From an uncultured Gemmatimonadaceae bacterium (GTDB taxonomy: Bacteria; Gemmatimonadota; Gemmatimonadetes; Gemmatimonadales; Gemmatimonadaceae): a stretch of DNA of 64,000 nt. The position numbers were made by a program, and so were the translations under genes. Where the stretch lies: the NCBI GenBank assembly GCA_963740355.1, contig CAVUDW010000004.1, positions 35,680 through 99,679 on the forward strand, in the 5' to 3' direction. Shown piece after piece: positions 7,263-18,279 of this stretch; within the stretch, counting starts at the first letter, position 1, and each line of letters starts with the position of its first letter. The notes under the pieces were generated by a model. That model worked only from the letters and a program-made list of their open reading frames with translations, had not been told where the DNA came from and did not search any database.

Positions 7263-9697
7263 TCGTTTCGCACGCCTGGCTGCGCAGCTTCGCGCCGCAC
7301 GAGAAGAGCGCTCACGAGATCGGCGAACTGCTGAACGACCATACTGTGACCCTCGACGGCCTCGAGTCGATGCGCAAGGACATCGCATCGATCGTGGTCG
7401 GTCTCGTCGTCGAACAGGCTCGCCATCCCGATTCTGATCACCTGTCGATCACCAAGGTGGACGACGGCAGCGGCACATTGCTGGATGTCGTCTGCGGTGC
7501 GCCGAACGTGACAGCCGGCGTGAAGTATCCGTTCGCACGCTCCGGCACGACCATGCCTGACGGGCTGAAGATCGAGAAGCGAAAGATTCGTGGGCAGACG
7601 TCGAACGGCATGCTCTGCTCGGCGCGCGAACTCAAGCTCGGGTACGAACACGACGGGATCCTCGCGCTGACCACCGATGCGCCGCCAGGCACACCGATCC
7701 TGTCCGTGCTCGGCGAGGTTGGCGACTCGCAGCTGAACCTCGATGTCCTGCCGAATCGACCGGACCTCTTGTCGCATCTCGGGATGGCGCGCGAGGTCAG
7801 TGCGCTGCTCGGCGTGCCGATGGCGCTGGCGGACCTGTCGCAGGCGGAGCGCGACGCGGTGGCTGCGGTGCCTGTGGTGGCTGACGCGCAGTCGGCCGCG
7901 GCCGACGGTGTGTCGATCACCATCGCCGACCCTGTCAGCTGTCCTCGCTACAACGCCGTCGTGATTCGCGGCGTGACGGTCGGCCCAACCCCGGATTGGC
8001 TGCGCGAACGTCTCGAGTCGGTTGGGGCGCGTTCGATCAACAACATCGTGGACGCCACCAACTACATCCTGCTCGGCCTTGGGCAGCCAGTGCACGCGTT
8101 CGATCTCGCAAAGCTGGCCGGCAATGCCGTCGTGGTCCGGCCAACCCGCGAAGGCGAGAAGATCGTCACGCTGGATGGTACGGAGCGCGCTGTGGCGACG
8201 GGGACGACGCTGATCTGTGATGGCGAGAAGCCGGTGGCGCTGGCAGGGGTCATGGGTGGACTGAACAGCGAGGTGACGAACGCCACGACCGACATCCTGC
8301 TCGAGGTGGCGAACTTCGATGCGCGCTTCGTGCGTCGAACCCGTCGCGCCGTGAACCTGATCACCGATGCGAGCTATCGGTACGAACGCGGCATCGATGC
8401 GGCGTCCTCACCGGAAGCGGCGTTGCACTGTGCCGCGCTCATTGTGCGTGTGGCGGGCGGCTCCGTCACAGCGCGCCTCGATGTCGGCACCGCTCCCGCC
8501 GCCCGACCGAGCATCGCGGTGCGCCCGTCGCGTGTCGAGCGACTGCTTGGAGTGCCGGTGCCATCCACAGAGATCGTTCGCATCCTGACGGCGCTCGGCT
8601 GCGACGTGGTGGCGACCGCCGATGACGCGCTGCAGGTAACGCCACCAACATGGCGACACGATCTCCTGCTGGAGGTCGACTTCATCGAAGAGATCGTCCG
8701 GATCCGTGGGTTCGATACCGTGCCGGACGAGCTGCGCGCCTTCCGGCCTGGCACCGTGCCCGACCATCCGCTGCACCTCGCGGAGTTGCGCGTGCGCGCA
8801 TTCCTCGTTGGGCAGGGGCTGTTCGAAACGCGGCCGATGCCATTCACGAAGGACACCAGTTCCGGCGCGCGGGTGCGCAATCCGCTGGCCGACGATGAAC
8901 CGTATCTGCGTGCGTCGATTCTCGACACGCTGGCGCGTCGTGCGGAGTACAACCTGAATCGAATGGAAGGAGATGTTCGACTGTTCGAGGTCGGGCATGT
9001 GTTCCTGCCGTCCACCGATCGCTTGCCGATCGAGCAGGTGCGAGTTGGTGCCCTCTTGCTCGGCAAGCGTCGCCCGCCGCATTTCACCGATCCCGATCCG
9101 GCGTCGTTCGACGCGTGGGACGCCAAGGCCTTGGCGAGTTCGCTCGCCGCCGTCGCGTTCCCAGGGCGACGGATTTCGCTTGAACCGTCCGATACTGAGG
9201 CGTTGTGGCGCGTGCAGGCGGACGGCGATGACGTCGGATCGGTGCAGCGTGTCGCGGTGGACAAGCCAGTCTGGGCATCTGACGCCTTCGGCGTCGAGCT
9301 CACGCTGGGCCTGATGCCGTCGGCCGACGTGGCGCCGGTGGGCCACCATGCGCACCAATCGGCGGCTCCACGGTCGCCAGCGGTCCCTCATGTCGTTTAT
9401 CGTGCAATTCCGGTCACGCCCGCCGCAGGCTTCGACCTTGCGCTCGTGCTGCCGGGGAGCGTGCGTGCATCTGAGGTCGAAGCCATTCTTCGACGCGAGA
9501 GTGGCGAGCTGCTCGAATCCATGCTGGTGTTCGACGAGTACCGGGGTGACCGACTGCCGGCCGGCATGCGCAGCGTCGGCTGGCGCCTGCAGTTCAGGCA
9601 TCCCGAGCGCACCTTGCGCGATAAGGAGCTCGAGGGCCGGCGGAGCAAGCTGGTCTCGGCATTGCAGCGTGAACTGGGGGTATCTGTCCGTGGCTGA
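7259..9697 (+). CDS. pheT: Phenylalanine--tRNA ligase beta subunit
   Basis: VVCGAPNV, SNGMLCSAREL, PNRPDLLSHLGMARE, RYERG motifs; overlaps pheS stop. Confidence 0.96.
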   Translation: MIVSHAWLRSFAPHEKSAHEIGELLNDHTVTLDGLESMRKDIASIVVGLVVEQARHPDSDHLSITKVDDGSGTLLDVVCGAPNVTAGVKYPFARSGTTMPDGLKIEKRKIRGQTSNGMLCSARELKLGYEHDGILALTTDAPPGTPILSVLGEVGDSQLNLDVLPNRPDLLSHLGMAREVSALLGVPMALADLSQAERDAVAAVPVVADAQSAAADGVSITIADPVSCPRYNAVVIRGVTVGPTPDWLRERLESVGARSINNIVDATNYILLGLGQPVHAFDLAKLAGNAVVVRPTREGEKIVTLDGTERAVATGTTLICDGEKPVALAGVMGGLNSEVTNATTDILLEVANFDARFVRRTRRAVNLITDASYRYERGIDAASSPEAALHCAALIVRVAGGSVTARLDVGTAPAARPSIAVRPSRVERLLGVPVPSTEIVRILTALGCDVVATADDALQVTPPTWRHDLLLEVDFIEEIVRIRGFDTVPDELRAFRPGTVPDHPLHLAELRVRAFLVGQGLFETRPMPFTKDTSSGARVRNPLADDEPYLRASILDTLARRAEYNLNRMEGDVRLFEVGHVFLPSTDRLPIEQVRVGALLLGKRRPPHFTDPDPASFDAWDAKALASSLAAVAFPGRRISLEPSDTEALWRVQADGDDVGSVQRVAVDKPVWASDAFGVELTLGLMPSADVAPVGHHAHQSAAPRSPAVPHVVYRAIPVTPAAGFDLALVLPGSVRASEVEAILRRESGELLESMLVFDEYRGDRLPAGMRSVGWRLQFRHPERTLRDKELEGRRSKLVSALQRELGVSVRG

Positions 9698-9992
9698 TTC
9701 GCGTGGGTTGGTGGTTGATGCAGCGGAAGAAATCGCTGCACTCGTGAAGGCGTTGGGCGAAGAGCTGGCGACCTTTCGTCAGCGAGCGCTCAAGGCCGAG
9801 GCGCGCGTCAAGGAACTCGAGGCGGCTGGCGGCGCCGACCTGGTGGAATTGACCAGCCGAATCACCCTTCTCGAAGCCGAAAATCAGGCATTGCAGGCCA
9901 GGATCGACTCCGCGACCGAACGAACCGAAGGTTTGCTGGACCGGGTGCGGTTCACGCGGCAGCAGACCGAGAGTGCCGGAGAGACCCGATGA
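9690..9992 (+). CDS. Small coiled-coil protein (ZapB-like by position)
   Basis: GTG at 9690; heptad-rich sequence (LEAENQALQARID); lies between pheT and zapA. Confidence 0.7.
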   Translation: MADSRGLVVDAAEEIAALVKALGEELATFRQRALKAEARVKELEAAGGADLVELTSRITLLEAENQALQARIDSATERTEGLLDRVRFTRQQTESAGETR

Positions 9993-10288
9993 GCAACTTC
10001 GTCCCTGTGAAAGTTTCGGTGGCCGGCGAAGAGGTCACGATCCGCTCGGAGCAGCCGCCGGAGCACTCCCGAGCGGTCGCCCACCATGTCGACGAGTCGA
10101 TCCGACGGATTCAGGAGCAGTCGCCAATGGTCGATTCCGGCAAGGCTGCCATCCTGGCGGCACTGCAAATCGCTGACGAGCTCTTCCGTTCACGCATGGA
10201 TGCCGAGCGCGGCAGTGAGCGGCTCGAGGTGACGATGGAGGAGATTCGACGGATGCTTCCACCAGCCAAGCGGTCGATCGGTCGGTAG
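9989..10288 (+). CDS. zapA: Cell division protein ZapA
   Basis: V.VAGEE.TIRS...VA.HVD...KAAILAALQIADELF. Confidence 0.9.
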   Translation: MSNFVPVKVSVAGEEVTIRSEQPPEHSRAVAHHVDESIRRIQEQSPMVDSGKAAILAALQIADELFRSRMDAERGSERLEVTMEEIRRMLPPAKRSIGR

Positions 10289-10308
10289 CCGGCGCCGCGG
10301 GGCGTCCG

Positions 10309-10337
10309 TTGCCTCGCGTGGATCGGCCCGGTACCTT
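10309..10337 (+). promoter_or_regulatory. Sigma-70 promoter of the putative 6S RNA / rny
   Basis: TTGCCT-17 bp-TACCTT. Confidence 0.6.
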
Positions 10338-10340
10338 CGA

Positions 10341-10474
10341 GGGGTCACCCGATGCGCACGTAGGTGTGTGTCCTCGCTTGGGTTAGCCGTGTTCACCGTA
10401 CGCCTTCGGGCCTGCGGCATGACACCGCCGGCCTACCGGGGACAGTCCTGCTGTGCGGCATCGCCGGGGCTCCC
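10341..10474 (+). ncRNA. ssrS: Putative 6S RNA (compact rod-like RNA)
   Basis: Canonical zapA-6S-rny synteny; long self-complementary rod (CGATGCGCACGTAGG / CCTGCTGTGCGGCATCG, TGTCCTC / GGGGACA, TTCG apical loop); own promoter. Confidence 0.65.
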
Positions 10475-10510
10475 AAAGACCGCGGCTCGTCCGCGCTGGA
10501 GATATAGATC

Positions 10511-12097
10511 GTGTCGCAGACATTTCTCTCGGCCGCACTGGGCGCGATTGCGCTCGTAGCGGCCGGTTTGTCGTTCGTGCTGGGCCGCAGGCAGGGCGCC
10601 AGCGCTGAAATCGCCCGGCAGCAGGCATCCCGGAGCACCGCAGATGATGAACGTCGTCGCCTGATCGGTGATGGTGAGCGCGAGGCCGAATCGCTTCGCA
10701 AAGCCGCGGTGCTGTCAGGGAAAGAAGAAGTCATGAAGCAGCGCGAGAGTTGGGAGGTCGAGGCGCGCAAGCGCCGCGACGAGCTCGTCTCCGAGGAACG
10801 CAAGCTCGTCGAACGCGAGACTGGGCTCGAACGCCGCGCCGAGGCAGTCGAGACGCGCGACCGAGAACTCGGCAAGCGCGCCAGTGAAATGGGCCGTCGC
10901 GAAAAGCTCGTGCTGGATCGTCAGACGGAACTCGATCAGCTGCTCGCGAGCGAACGCACGCGCCTGGAGAATCTGGCTGGCCTCACGGCGGCCGAGGCCA
11001 AGCTCGAACTCATCCGTCGCCTGGAAGAAGAGGCGCACGCCGATGCCGCCAATCGCTTGCGCGAGATCCGGGAGTCCGCTCGCCGAAACGCCGACCGTGA
11101 GGCCAAGAAGATCGTCGCGCTGGCCATTCAGCGGATCGCGGCCGAACACACGGCGGAGACGACCGTGTCGGCCGTCTCGCTGCCGAACGATGAAATGAAG
11201 GGCCGAATCATCGGACGCGAAGGGCGAAACATCCGGGCCTTCGAGCTCGCCACCGGTGTGGACGTGATCATCGACGACACACCGGACACGGTGGTCGTCA
11301 GCTGCTTCGACCCCGTTCGCCGGGAAGTCGGTCGGTTGGCGCTCGAGAAGCTGGTGGCCGACGGCCGGATCCATCCGGGCCGGATCGAGGAGGTCGTCGC
11401 GAAGTCGAAGAAGGAAGTCGAGGTCGCCATCGTCGAGACCGGTGAGACGGCGGCATACGAAGCGGGTGTCGCAGGATTGCACCCGGAGATCATCAAGCTC
11501 ATCGGGCGCATGAAGTGGCGCACGAGTTACGGGCAGAACATCCTGTCGCACTCGGTGGAAGTCGCGTGGCTGGCGGGCATCATGGCTGCCGAGCTGGGAC
11601 TGGACGTGGCCATGACGAAACGTGCCGCGCTGCTCCACGATATCGGCAAGGTGCTCACGCATGAGCACGAGGGCACGCACGTGCAACTCGGCGTGGAAGT
11701 CGCGACGCGTTATGGCGAGAACCCGATGGTCGTGAATGCCATCGCGGCCCATCACGACGACGTTCCGCACGAAACCGAGATGAGCGTGTTGGTGCAGGCG
11801 GCCGACGCCATCAGCGGCTCACGGCCTGGCGCACGCCGCGAGGCGTTCGAGACGTACGTCAAGCGCCTCGAGGGCATCGAGAAGATCGCGTCGAGCTATC
11901 GTGGTGTGGAGCGCGTCTTCGCGATCCAGGCAGGCCGCGAGGTCCGTGTCATCGTCACGCCCGATCAGGTGGACGACGTCCGCATGCAGACGCTGACGGA
12001 AGAAATCGCGCGCCGGATCGAGGCCGAGTTGCAGTACCCTGGCCAGATTCGTGTCGTCGCCATTCGCGAGACGCGCACGGTGGACTATGCCCGCTGA
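10511..12097 (+). CDS. rny: Ribonuclease Y
   Basis: N-terminal TM helix, coiled coil, KH motif [16 protein letters not shown] motif [19 protein letters not shown]. Confidence 0.97.
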   Translation: MSQTFLSAALGAIALVAAGLSFVLGRRQGASAEIARQQASRSTADDERRRLIGDGEREAESLRKAAVLSGKEEVMKQRESWEVEARKRRDELVSEERKLVERETGLERRAEAVETRDRELGKRASEMGRREKLVLDRQTELDQLLASERTRLENLAGLTAAEAKLELIRRLEEEAHADAANRLREIRESARRNADREAKKIVALAIQRIAAEHTAETTVSAVSLPNDEMKGRIIGREGRNIRAFELATGVDVIIDDTPDTVVVSCFDPVRREVGRLALEKLVADGRIHPGRIEEVVAKSKKEVEVAIVETGETAAYEAGVAGLHPEIIKLIGRMKWRTSYGQNILSHSVEVAWLAGIMAAELGLDVAMTKRAALLHDIGKVLTHEHEGTHVQLGVEVATRYGENPMVVNAIAAHHDDVPHETEMSVLVQAADAISGSRPGARREAFETYVKRLEGIEKIASSYRGVERVFAIQAGREVRVIVTPDQVDDVRMQTLTEEIARRIEAELQYPGQIRVVAIRETRTVDYAR

Positions 12098-12968
12098 ACT
12101 TCTCGACGGCATTGCCGTTGCGCGCGCGATCCGCGACGAGGTCGCAGAGGCCGTGAAAGTCGAGAAGGCCCGCGGCATTGTGCCCGGACTGGCCGTGGTG
12201 CTGGTCGGCGAGGATCCCGCGAGCACCGTCTACGTCCGCAACAAGGGACGTGCCTGCGAAGAAGCCGGTATGCACTCCGTGACCATCCGCCTGCCGGCCA
12301 CCACGTCGCAGGACGAACTGTTGGCCGTGGTCGATCAGCTCAACGCCGATCCTGCCATCCACGGCATGCTGGTGCAGATGCCGTTGCCGAAGCAGTGCAA
12401 CGCGGACGAAGTGATTCGTCGCATCGATCCGGCGAAGGATGTCGATGGCTTCCATCCGATCAACGCGGGGAAGCTCATCATCGGCGAAAAGGACGGCTTC
12501 GCGCCGTGCACGCCGGCCGGCGTGATGGAACTGCTCCGGCGCTACAAGGTGCCGACGGCGGGTGCCGAAGTCGTGATCGTGGGCCGATCGAACATCGTCG
12601 GCAAGCCGATGGCCAGCCTGCTCGTGCAACCCGGCATCGATGCGACCGTCACCATCTGCCATAGCCGCACGCGCGACCTGCCATCGCACACTCGGCGCGC
12701 CGATATCCTGATTGCGGCCATCGGTCGACCGAAGTTCGTCACCGCTGACATGGTGAAGCCTGGCGCCACGGTCATCGACGTGGGCATCAACCGTGTTGAC
12801 GAACCGCGCGCGAAGAATGGCTACATCCTCGCCGGCGATGTGGACTTCGCCGCCGTCAGTGAGGTTGCCGGCAAGATCACGCCAGTCCCTGGCGGCGTAG
12901 GTCCGCTGACGATCGCCATGTTGCTGCGCAGCACCCTCGTGGCAGCGTCCCGGGTGACGGTCGCGTGA
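12087..12968 (+). CDS. folD: Methylenetetrahydrofolate dehydrogenase/cyclohydrolase
   Basis: [34 protein letters not shown]. Confidence 0.96.
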   Translation: MPAELLDGIAVARAIRDEVAEAVKVEKARGIVPGLAVVLVGEDPASTVYVRNKGRACEEAGMHSVTIRLPATTSQDELLAVVDQLNADPAIHGMLVQMPLPKQCNADEVIRRIDPAKDVDGFHPINAGKLIIGEKDGFAPCTPAGVMELLRRYKVPTAGAEVVIVGRSNIVGKPMASLLVQPGIDATVTICHSRTRDLPSHTRRADILIAAIGRPKFVTADMVKPGATVIDVGINRVDEPRAKNGYILAGDVDFAAVSEVAGKITPVPGGVGPLTIAMLLRSTLVAASRVTVA

Positions 12969-14341
12969 CGGGCACGTGGGGCGAGTTGTTCGACGAGCCG
13001 GCCGCAGCGGCTGCGTATCCGGGCGAGTCGCCAGAAACGGCACTCGCCATCGCCACACTCACGCGCGCGGCGAAGGATGTGATCGAGGGGGCCTTTTCGC
13101 CGCTCTGGGTGCGTGGCGAGATCAGTGACTTCAAGGCGCATCGGAACGGCCATTGGTACTTCTCGTTGCGGGATGCCGAGGCACGCGTGCGGTGCGTGAT
13201 GTGGCGTGGCGATGTGCAGCGCGCCCCCACGCGCCCCACCGATGGCATGCTCGTGACGGCCTTCGGTCAGATGACCGTGTACACCAATGGCGGTGATCTC
13301 CAGCTCCGCGTCACGCGGTTGGGCGCCGAAGGTGATGGGCTGTGGAGAAAGGCGCTCGAAGAGACCCTCGCGCGCCTGCGCAGCGATGGCCTGCTGGACG
13401 AGGAGCGCAAGCGGCCGTTGCCACGTCTCCCCAAGGTGGTGGCCGTGGTGACCAGTCCCGATGGGGCAGCCTTGCAGGACATTCGAGCGGTGGCCGCACG
13501 TCGCTTCTCCGCGGTGCAACTGGTGCTGGTGCCCGCCAAGGTGCAGGGTGAAGGAACGGCCGATGAACTCGTCCGCGCGATGGAGAAGATCGAGCGGTGG
13601 GGCGGTGCCGACGTCGTGATCATCGGGCGCGGTGGCGGTGCACGCGAGGACCTCTGGGCCTTCAATGATGAACGTGTCGCACGCGCTGTCGCAGCGTGCA
13701 GCGTGCCGGTGATCTCAGCCGTCGGGCACGAAGTGGATATCACGGTCGTCGATCTGGTCGCAGACCTGCGCGCACCAACACCATCTGCTGCCGCCGAAGC
13801 CGCGGTGCCCGATCGCGATGCCCTCGTGAGCGAAGTCGAGTCCCTCCGCCGTCGCCTGGCCAACGCCGCCACGCGCGCGATGCAGCGTCGCCGGCAACTC
13901 GTCGCCGCTGTGGGTGGACGATTCGCCGCTGGTGCGCGTGGCCTCGCCGCGCTGGAACAGGCTCGCTTGCGGGCATTTGGGCAGGCGATGGCCGTGCATA
14001 CACGCCGCGCACTCCTCCGAAAGCATGCGCGCGTCGATGCGTTGCGGCCATCCTTGAGTGCGTTCCCGGTGGCCGACCTGGCGCCGCGACGTGGTGAACT
14101 GGCGGCGTTGGCAGGCAGGCTGGACGCACTCAGCCCGCTGGCAACACTCGGGCGTGGATATGCCGTGGCGCGATCGCTGGAGGGCCAGGCGATGGCCAGT
14201 GTCCGTGATTTCAAGCCGGGGACGCCGTTCGACGTCCTGCTGGCTGATGGTGCCGTGCGTGCGACCACGACGGCGCGTCGCTCTGGCGCGCCTCTGGATG
14301 CCGTGACAGGATTGCGTGAGGGGGCCTCCGATGACGTATGA
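12965..14341 (+). CDS. xseA: Exodeoxyribonuclease VII large subunit
   Basis: [54 protein letters not shown]. Confidence 0.95.
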   Translation: MTGTWGELFDEPAAAAAYPGESPETALAIATLTRAAKDVIEGAFSPLWVRGEISDFKAHRNGHWYFSLRDAEARVRCVMWRGDVQRAPTRPTDGMLVTAFGQMTVYTNGGDLQLRVTRLGAEGDGLWRKALEETLARLRSDGLLDEERKRPLPRLPKVVAVVTSPDGAALQDIRAVAARRFSAVQLVLVPAKVQGEGTADELVRAMEKIERWGGADVVIIGRGGGAREDLWAFNDERVARAVAACSVPVISAVGHEVDITVVDLVADLRAPTPSAAAEAAVPDRDALVSEVESLRRRLANAATRAMQRRRQLVAAVGGRFAAGARGLAALEQARLRAFGQAMAVHTRRALLRKHARVDALRPSLSAFPVADLAPRRGELAALAGRLDALSPLATLGRGYAVARSLEGQAMASVRDFKPGTPFDVLLADGAVRATTTARRSGAPLDAVTGLREGASDDV

Positions 14342-14543
14342 AGAATCAGTGCAGCGGCTGCAGGCAATCGTCAGTGAACTCGAGGGTGACCGGCTGCCGT
14401 TGGCACAGGCGTTGGCGCTATTCGAGGAAGGCGTTGCCCGCCTGCGGGAAGCGACGGCGGCACTCGCCGACGCGGATACCCGCGTGCAGCAGCTGGTGGA
14501 ATCCATCGATGGGAGCCTGACGGTTGCTGACCAGCGAAGCTGA
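14331..14543 (+). CDS. xseB: Exodeoxyribonuclease VII small subunit
   Basis: MTYEE...L..IV.ELE...LPL..AL..FEEG. Confidence 0.92.
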   Translation: MTYEESVQRLQAIVSELEGDRLPLAQALALFEEGVARLREATAALADADTRVQQLVESIDGSLTVADQRS

Positions 14544-15432
14544 GGCGCCCGACTTGACCTTCCGCGCCGAGCGCGCGGCGGTCGCGGCAGCCCTGACGGG
14601 ATTTTGCGACACGTACCTCGCCGACGCGCCGGGGTCCGTGGGTGCGGCCATCCGGTACAGCCTGCTCGGTGAGGGGAAGCGACTGCGGGCGGTGCTCGTC
14701 GGTGCGGCATACACAGCCGCCGGCGGCACTGGCGACGTCAGCGCGCTCGCGGCCGCCGTCGAGGTCGTGCACGCCTACTCGCTGGTGCATGACGACCTGC
14801 CATGCATGGACGACGATGACATGCGCCGCGGTCGGCCCACGACCCACATCGTCTACGGTGTGTCGGTGGCAACGGCGGCCGGGCTCGCAATGGTCCCGCT
14901 GGCGGCGCGGACCGCCGCCGCGGCCGCTCGTGAGCTGGGGTTGGCGCCGGCGACCATCGGCGCGATCGTCCGGGAACTGATGGGTGCGGCTGGTGGCGCG
15001 GGCATGATCGGGGGGCAACTTCTCGATCTGGAGGGCGAAGGTCGCCCGCTCGCCCTCGCCGACCTCGAGCGGATCCATCGTCTCAAGACCGGTGCCCTCA
15101 TCACGGCCTCGGTCCGGCTCGGTGGACTCGCAGCCGGCGCGAGCAGTGAACAGATGGCGGCCTTCACGCGGTACGGCGATGCCATAGGGCTGGCGTTCCA
15201 GATCGCCGACGACGTGCTGGATGTGACGGCGACGACGGATCAGCTGGGCAAGACGGCAGGACGGGACATCGCGCTTGCGAAGTCGACGTATCCGGCGTTG
15301 CTCGGCATCGACGGAGCGGTCTCGCGAGCGGAAGCGTTGGTCGAGGAAGGGTGCGCATCACTGCAGGCAGCGGGCCTCCTCACGCCGCAGCTCGAGCACC
15401 TCGCACGGTTTTTTGTCACCAGGCAGTCGTAA
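14524..15432 (+). CDS. ispA: Polyprenyl (farnesyl) diphosphate synthase
   Basis: GKRLR, SLVHDDLPCMDDDDMRRG, KTGAL, FQIADDVLD. Confidence 0.92.
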   Translation: MLTSEAEAPDLTFRAERAAVAAALTGFCDTYLADAPGSVGAAIRYSLLGEGKRLRAVLVGAAYTAAGGTGDVSALAAAVEVVHAYSLVHDDLPCMDDDDMRRGRPTTHIVYGVSVATAAGLAMVPLAARTAAAAARELGLAPATIGAIVRELMGAAGGAGMIGGQLLDLEGEGRPLALADLERIHRLKTGALITASVRLGGLAAGASSEQMAAFTRYGDAIGLAFQIADDVLDVTATTDQLGKTAGRDIALAKSTYPALLGIDGAVSRAEALVEEGCASLQAAGLLTPQLEHLARFFVTRQS

Positions 15433-15515
15433 GGACGCGTACTTTTATCGCTGGATCGCCCCGCGCCACCGCCAGGTGGAGCCGGGGTGATGAACACCAT
15501 CTTCGGAGTTGCCAA

Positions 15516-17399
15516 ATGTCCATCCTCGACCGAGTGAAATCACCCGCTGACCTGAAGGGGTTGTCGCGTGACGAGCTCCGGGCGCTGTCCGCTGACATGC
15601 GGGCATTCCTGATCGACAACTGCTCCCGCACCGGCGGTCACATCGGTGCAGGGCTCGGTGTCGTCGAGCTCACCGTCGCGTTGCACGCGGTGCTCGACAC
15701 GCCTGCCGATCAGCTGGTCTGGGATGTTGGACATCAGGGCTATCCGCACAAGCTGCTCACCGGTCGCCGCGAAGACTTCAAGACATTGCGGCAGGAAGAC
15801 GGCATGTCCGGCTTCCTCAAGCGCAGCGAAAGTCCCTACGACACGTTCGGCGCGGGACACGCGGCTACTGCCGTGTCGGCCGCCTACGGCATGGCGGTCG
15901 GGCGCGACCTGCAGGGTGAAAACTTCAAGGTCGCCGCGATCCTTGGTGATGGTGCACTGTCGTGCGGACTCGCGTACGAAGGGCTGAACAACGCCGGCAG
16001 CTCGGACCGCGACATCATCATCATCCTCAACGACAACGAGATGTCCATCGCGCCGAACGTTGGTGCGATGCACAAGTACCTCGTGAGTGTGCAGCGCAAT
16101 CCGCTCTACAATCGCGTGCGCAGCGCAGTCGGCGACCTGGTTGATTCGGCGCCCGGGCCGATTGGCTCGCTGGTGCGGAAGTGGGAGGAGAGCGTCAAGA
16201 GTTTCCTCACCCCCGGTGTGCTGTTCGAGGAACTCGGTTTCCGATACTTCGGTCCGATCGATGGGCACGATATCGACGCGCTGATGGACACGCTCACCGC
16301 GGTCCGTGACCTCAAGACGCCACGGCTCGTGCACGTGATCACGCAGAAGGGCAAGGGTTTCCCTGCTGGTGAACACACGGAGAAGTGGCATGCCTTGCCG
16401 CCGGGGCACGATCCGGCCACCGGCAAGCAGCTGAAGGCGTCGACCGCCAATCCGGCGTGGACGGCGGTCTTCGGGCAGGGACTGGCCGACCTGATGAAGG
16501 AAAAGCCGGAAGTCGCCGCGATCACAGCCGCAATGCCCAGCGGCACTGGGATCGGCACCGTGGCCAAGGCGCATCCTGCTCGCACGTTCGACGTCGGCAT
16601 CGCCGAGGGCCACGCCGTGACGTTCGCCGCCGGCCTTGCCACGCGCGGAGTGAAGCCAGTCGTGGCCATCTACTCCACGTTCCTGCAGCGCGCGTACGAC
16701 AACGTGATCCACGACTGCGCCATCCAGCACCTCCCGGTGGTGTTTGCGATGGATCGTGCCGGATTCGTTGGCGAAGATGGCGAAACACACATGGGCCTGT
16801 ACGACATCGCCTACATGTTGACGATTCCGGGCATGACCGTCACGGCGCCGAAGGACTCCACGGAGATGCTGGCGCTGCTGCGCACCGGTGTGGAGCAGAA
16901 TGACGGCCCGTTCTCGCTTCGCTATCCGCGCGATGCCTCGCCTGATACCGCTCCACCGATCGCCGAGATTCCTGCCGTGCCACATGGCACGTGGGAAGTC
17001 GTGCGCACCGGTTCGGAGTTCGCCATCCTTGCCGTTGGCACGATGGTGAAGCAGTCACTCGATGCCGCGAAGGCGCTGGCCGACGAAGGGCTCAACGTCA
17101 CCGTCGTGAACTGTCGCTACCTCAAGCCATACGACGCGCTCACCCTCTCGGCGCTGCTGGCCGATCACAAGCAGTTGCTGGTGGTCGAGGAAGGCACGGT
17201 GGTCAATGGCTTCGGCGCGTACATGGCGCAGGTAGTCTCGAAGATCGATCCATCGGTGCGCGTCACGGCCCATGGCATTCCGGATCGCTTCATCTACGCG
17301 GCCTCACGGCAGCGGCAGATGGCCATGTGTGGGCTCGACGCGGCAGGCATCGCCGACAAGGTGCGCGCGCTGCACGAATCCGAAGCCCTCGCCGGGTGA
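15516..17399 (+). CDS. dxs: 1-deoxy-D-xylulose-5-phosphate synthase
   Basis: GGHIGAGLG, WDVGHQGYPHK, GDGAL...EGLNN, DVGIAEGHA, YSTFLQRAYD. Confidence 0.96.
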   Translation: MSILDRVKSPADLKGLSRDELRALSADMRAFLIDNCSRTGGHIGAGLGVVELTVALHAVLDTPADQLVWDVGHQGYPHKLLTGRREDFKTLRQEDGMSGFLKRSESPYDTFGAGHAATAVSAAYGMAVGRDLQGENFKVAAILGDGALSCGLAYEGLNNAGSSDRDIIIILNDNEMSIAPNVGAMHKYLVSVQRNPLYNRVRSAVGDLVDSAPGPIGSLVRKWEESVKSFLTPGVLFEELGFRYFGPIDGHDIDALMDTLTAVRDLKTPRLVHVITQKGKGFPAGEHTEKWHALPPGHDPATGKQLKASTANPAWTAVFGQGLADLMKEKPEVAAITAAMPSGTGIGTVAKAHPARTFDVGIAEGHAVTFAAGLATRGVKPVVAIYSTFLQRAYDNVIHDCAIQHLPVVFAMDRAGFVGEDGETHMGLYDIAYMLTIPGMTVTAPKDSTEMLALLRTGVEQNDGPFSLRYPRDASPDTAPPIAEIPAVPHGTWEVVRTGSEFAILAVGTMVKQSLDAAKALADEGLNVTVVNCRYLKPYDALTLSALLADHKQLLVVEEGTVVNGFGAYMAQVVSKIDPSVRVTAHGIPDRFIYAASRQRQMAMCGLDAAGIADKVRALHESEALAG

Positions 17400-18265
17400 G
17401 CATTCGACTCGGCGTCCTCGGACACCGCGGGTACGAGGGACTGCAGGACGTGCTCGCCGAGTTGCAGCGCCTTGCGCCGCAACTCGGCGTGTCGTTGTTC
17501 ATCGAACGTGGCCTCGTCGTCGATGCGCGTGATGCTGCGCCACTGACGGAAGAAACCGAACTCGATGTCCTGCTGACCATGGGCGGCGATGGCACCTTCC
17601 TGCGGGGTGCCCGGTTCCTGCGCGGGCGCCAGATTCCGATCGCCGGCCTGAACCTGGGACGGCTCGGGTTCCTCACGTCAGGTTCGCGCGACCACCTCGC
17701 GCAGAGTCTCCACGACATCGCCAAGTTCGATTTTCCTGTCGAACGGCGCATGGCGCTCGAAGCCCACGTCACCGACTCGACCGGACGTGAACATTACCGC
17801 TGGCGCGCCGTGAACGACGTCGTGCTGCACAAGGGCGGCTTTGCGCGTGTGCTGCAGTTGCGCGCCAGCGTCGATGGTCGCGAAATCGCGAGGTATTCGG
17901 CCGACGGTGTGATTGCCGCGACGCCGACCGGATCGACGGCGTACTCACTGTCCGCCGGCGGGCCGGTGATCGTGCCGACCGTCGAGTCGATCCTGCTCAC
18001 GCCGGTCTCGCCGCACACCCTGGCGATGCGACCAGTGGTGCTGCCGCCGACGGCTCAACTCGCGCTCGAAGTGTTGCGTGAAGCGACGGAATTGCTGATC
18101 ACCGTGGACGGGCAGGTCGGCGCAATGTTCGGATCTGGAGAGACGCTCCACGTGCAGCGATCGCCGAATCCGATCCTCGTCGCACGCATTGACGAAGATG
18201 AGGATGGCTTCTTCGGGCGCCTGCGCCAGAAGCTCGGCTGGGGCGGCCTGGCCGAACGCGACTAG
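17396..18265 (+). CDS. nadK: NAD(+) kinase
   Basis: GGDGTFL, NLGRLGFL, ADGVIAATPTGSTAYSLSAGGP; GTG overlapping the dxs stop. Confidence 0.93.
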   Translation: MSIRLGVLGHRGYEGLQDVLAELQRLAPQLGVSLFIERGLVVDARDAAPLTEETELDVLLTMGGDGTFLRGARFLRGRQIPIAGLNLGRLGFLTSGSRDHLAQSLHDIAKFDFPVERRMALEAHVTDSTGREHYRWRAVNDVVLHKGGFARVLQLRASVDGREIARYSADGVIAATPTGSTAYSLSAGGPVIVPTVESILLTPVSPHTLAMRPVVLPPTAQLALEVLREATELLITVDGQVGAMFGSGETLHVQRSPNPILVARIDEDEDGFFGRLRQKLGWGGLAERD

Positions 18266-18279
18266 GCAGCGATACCACC

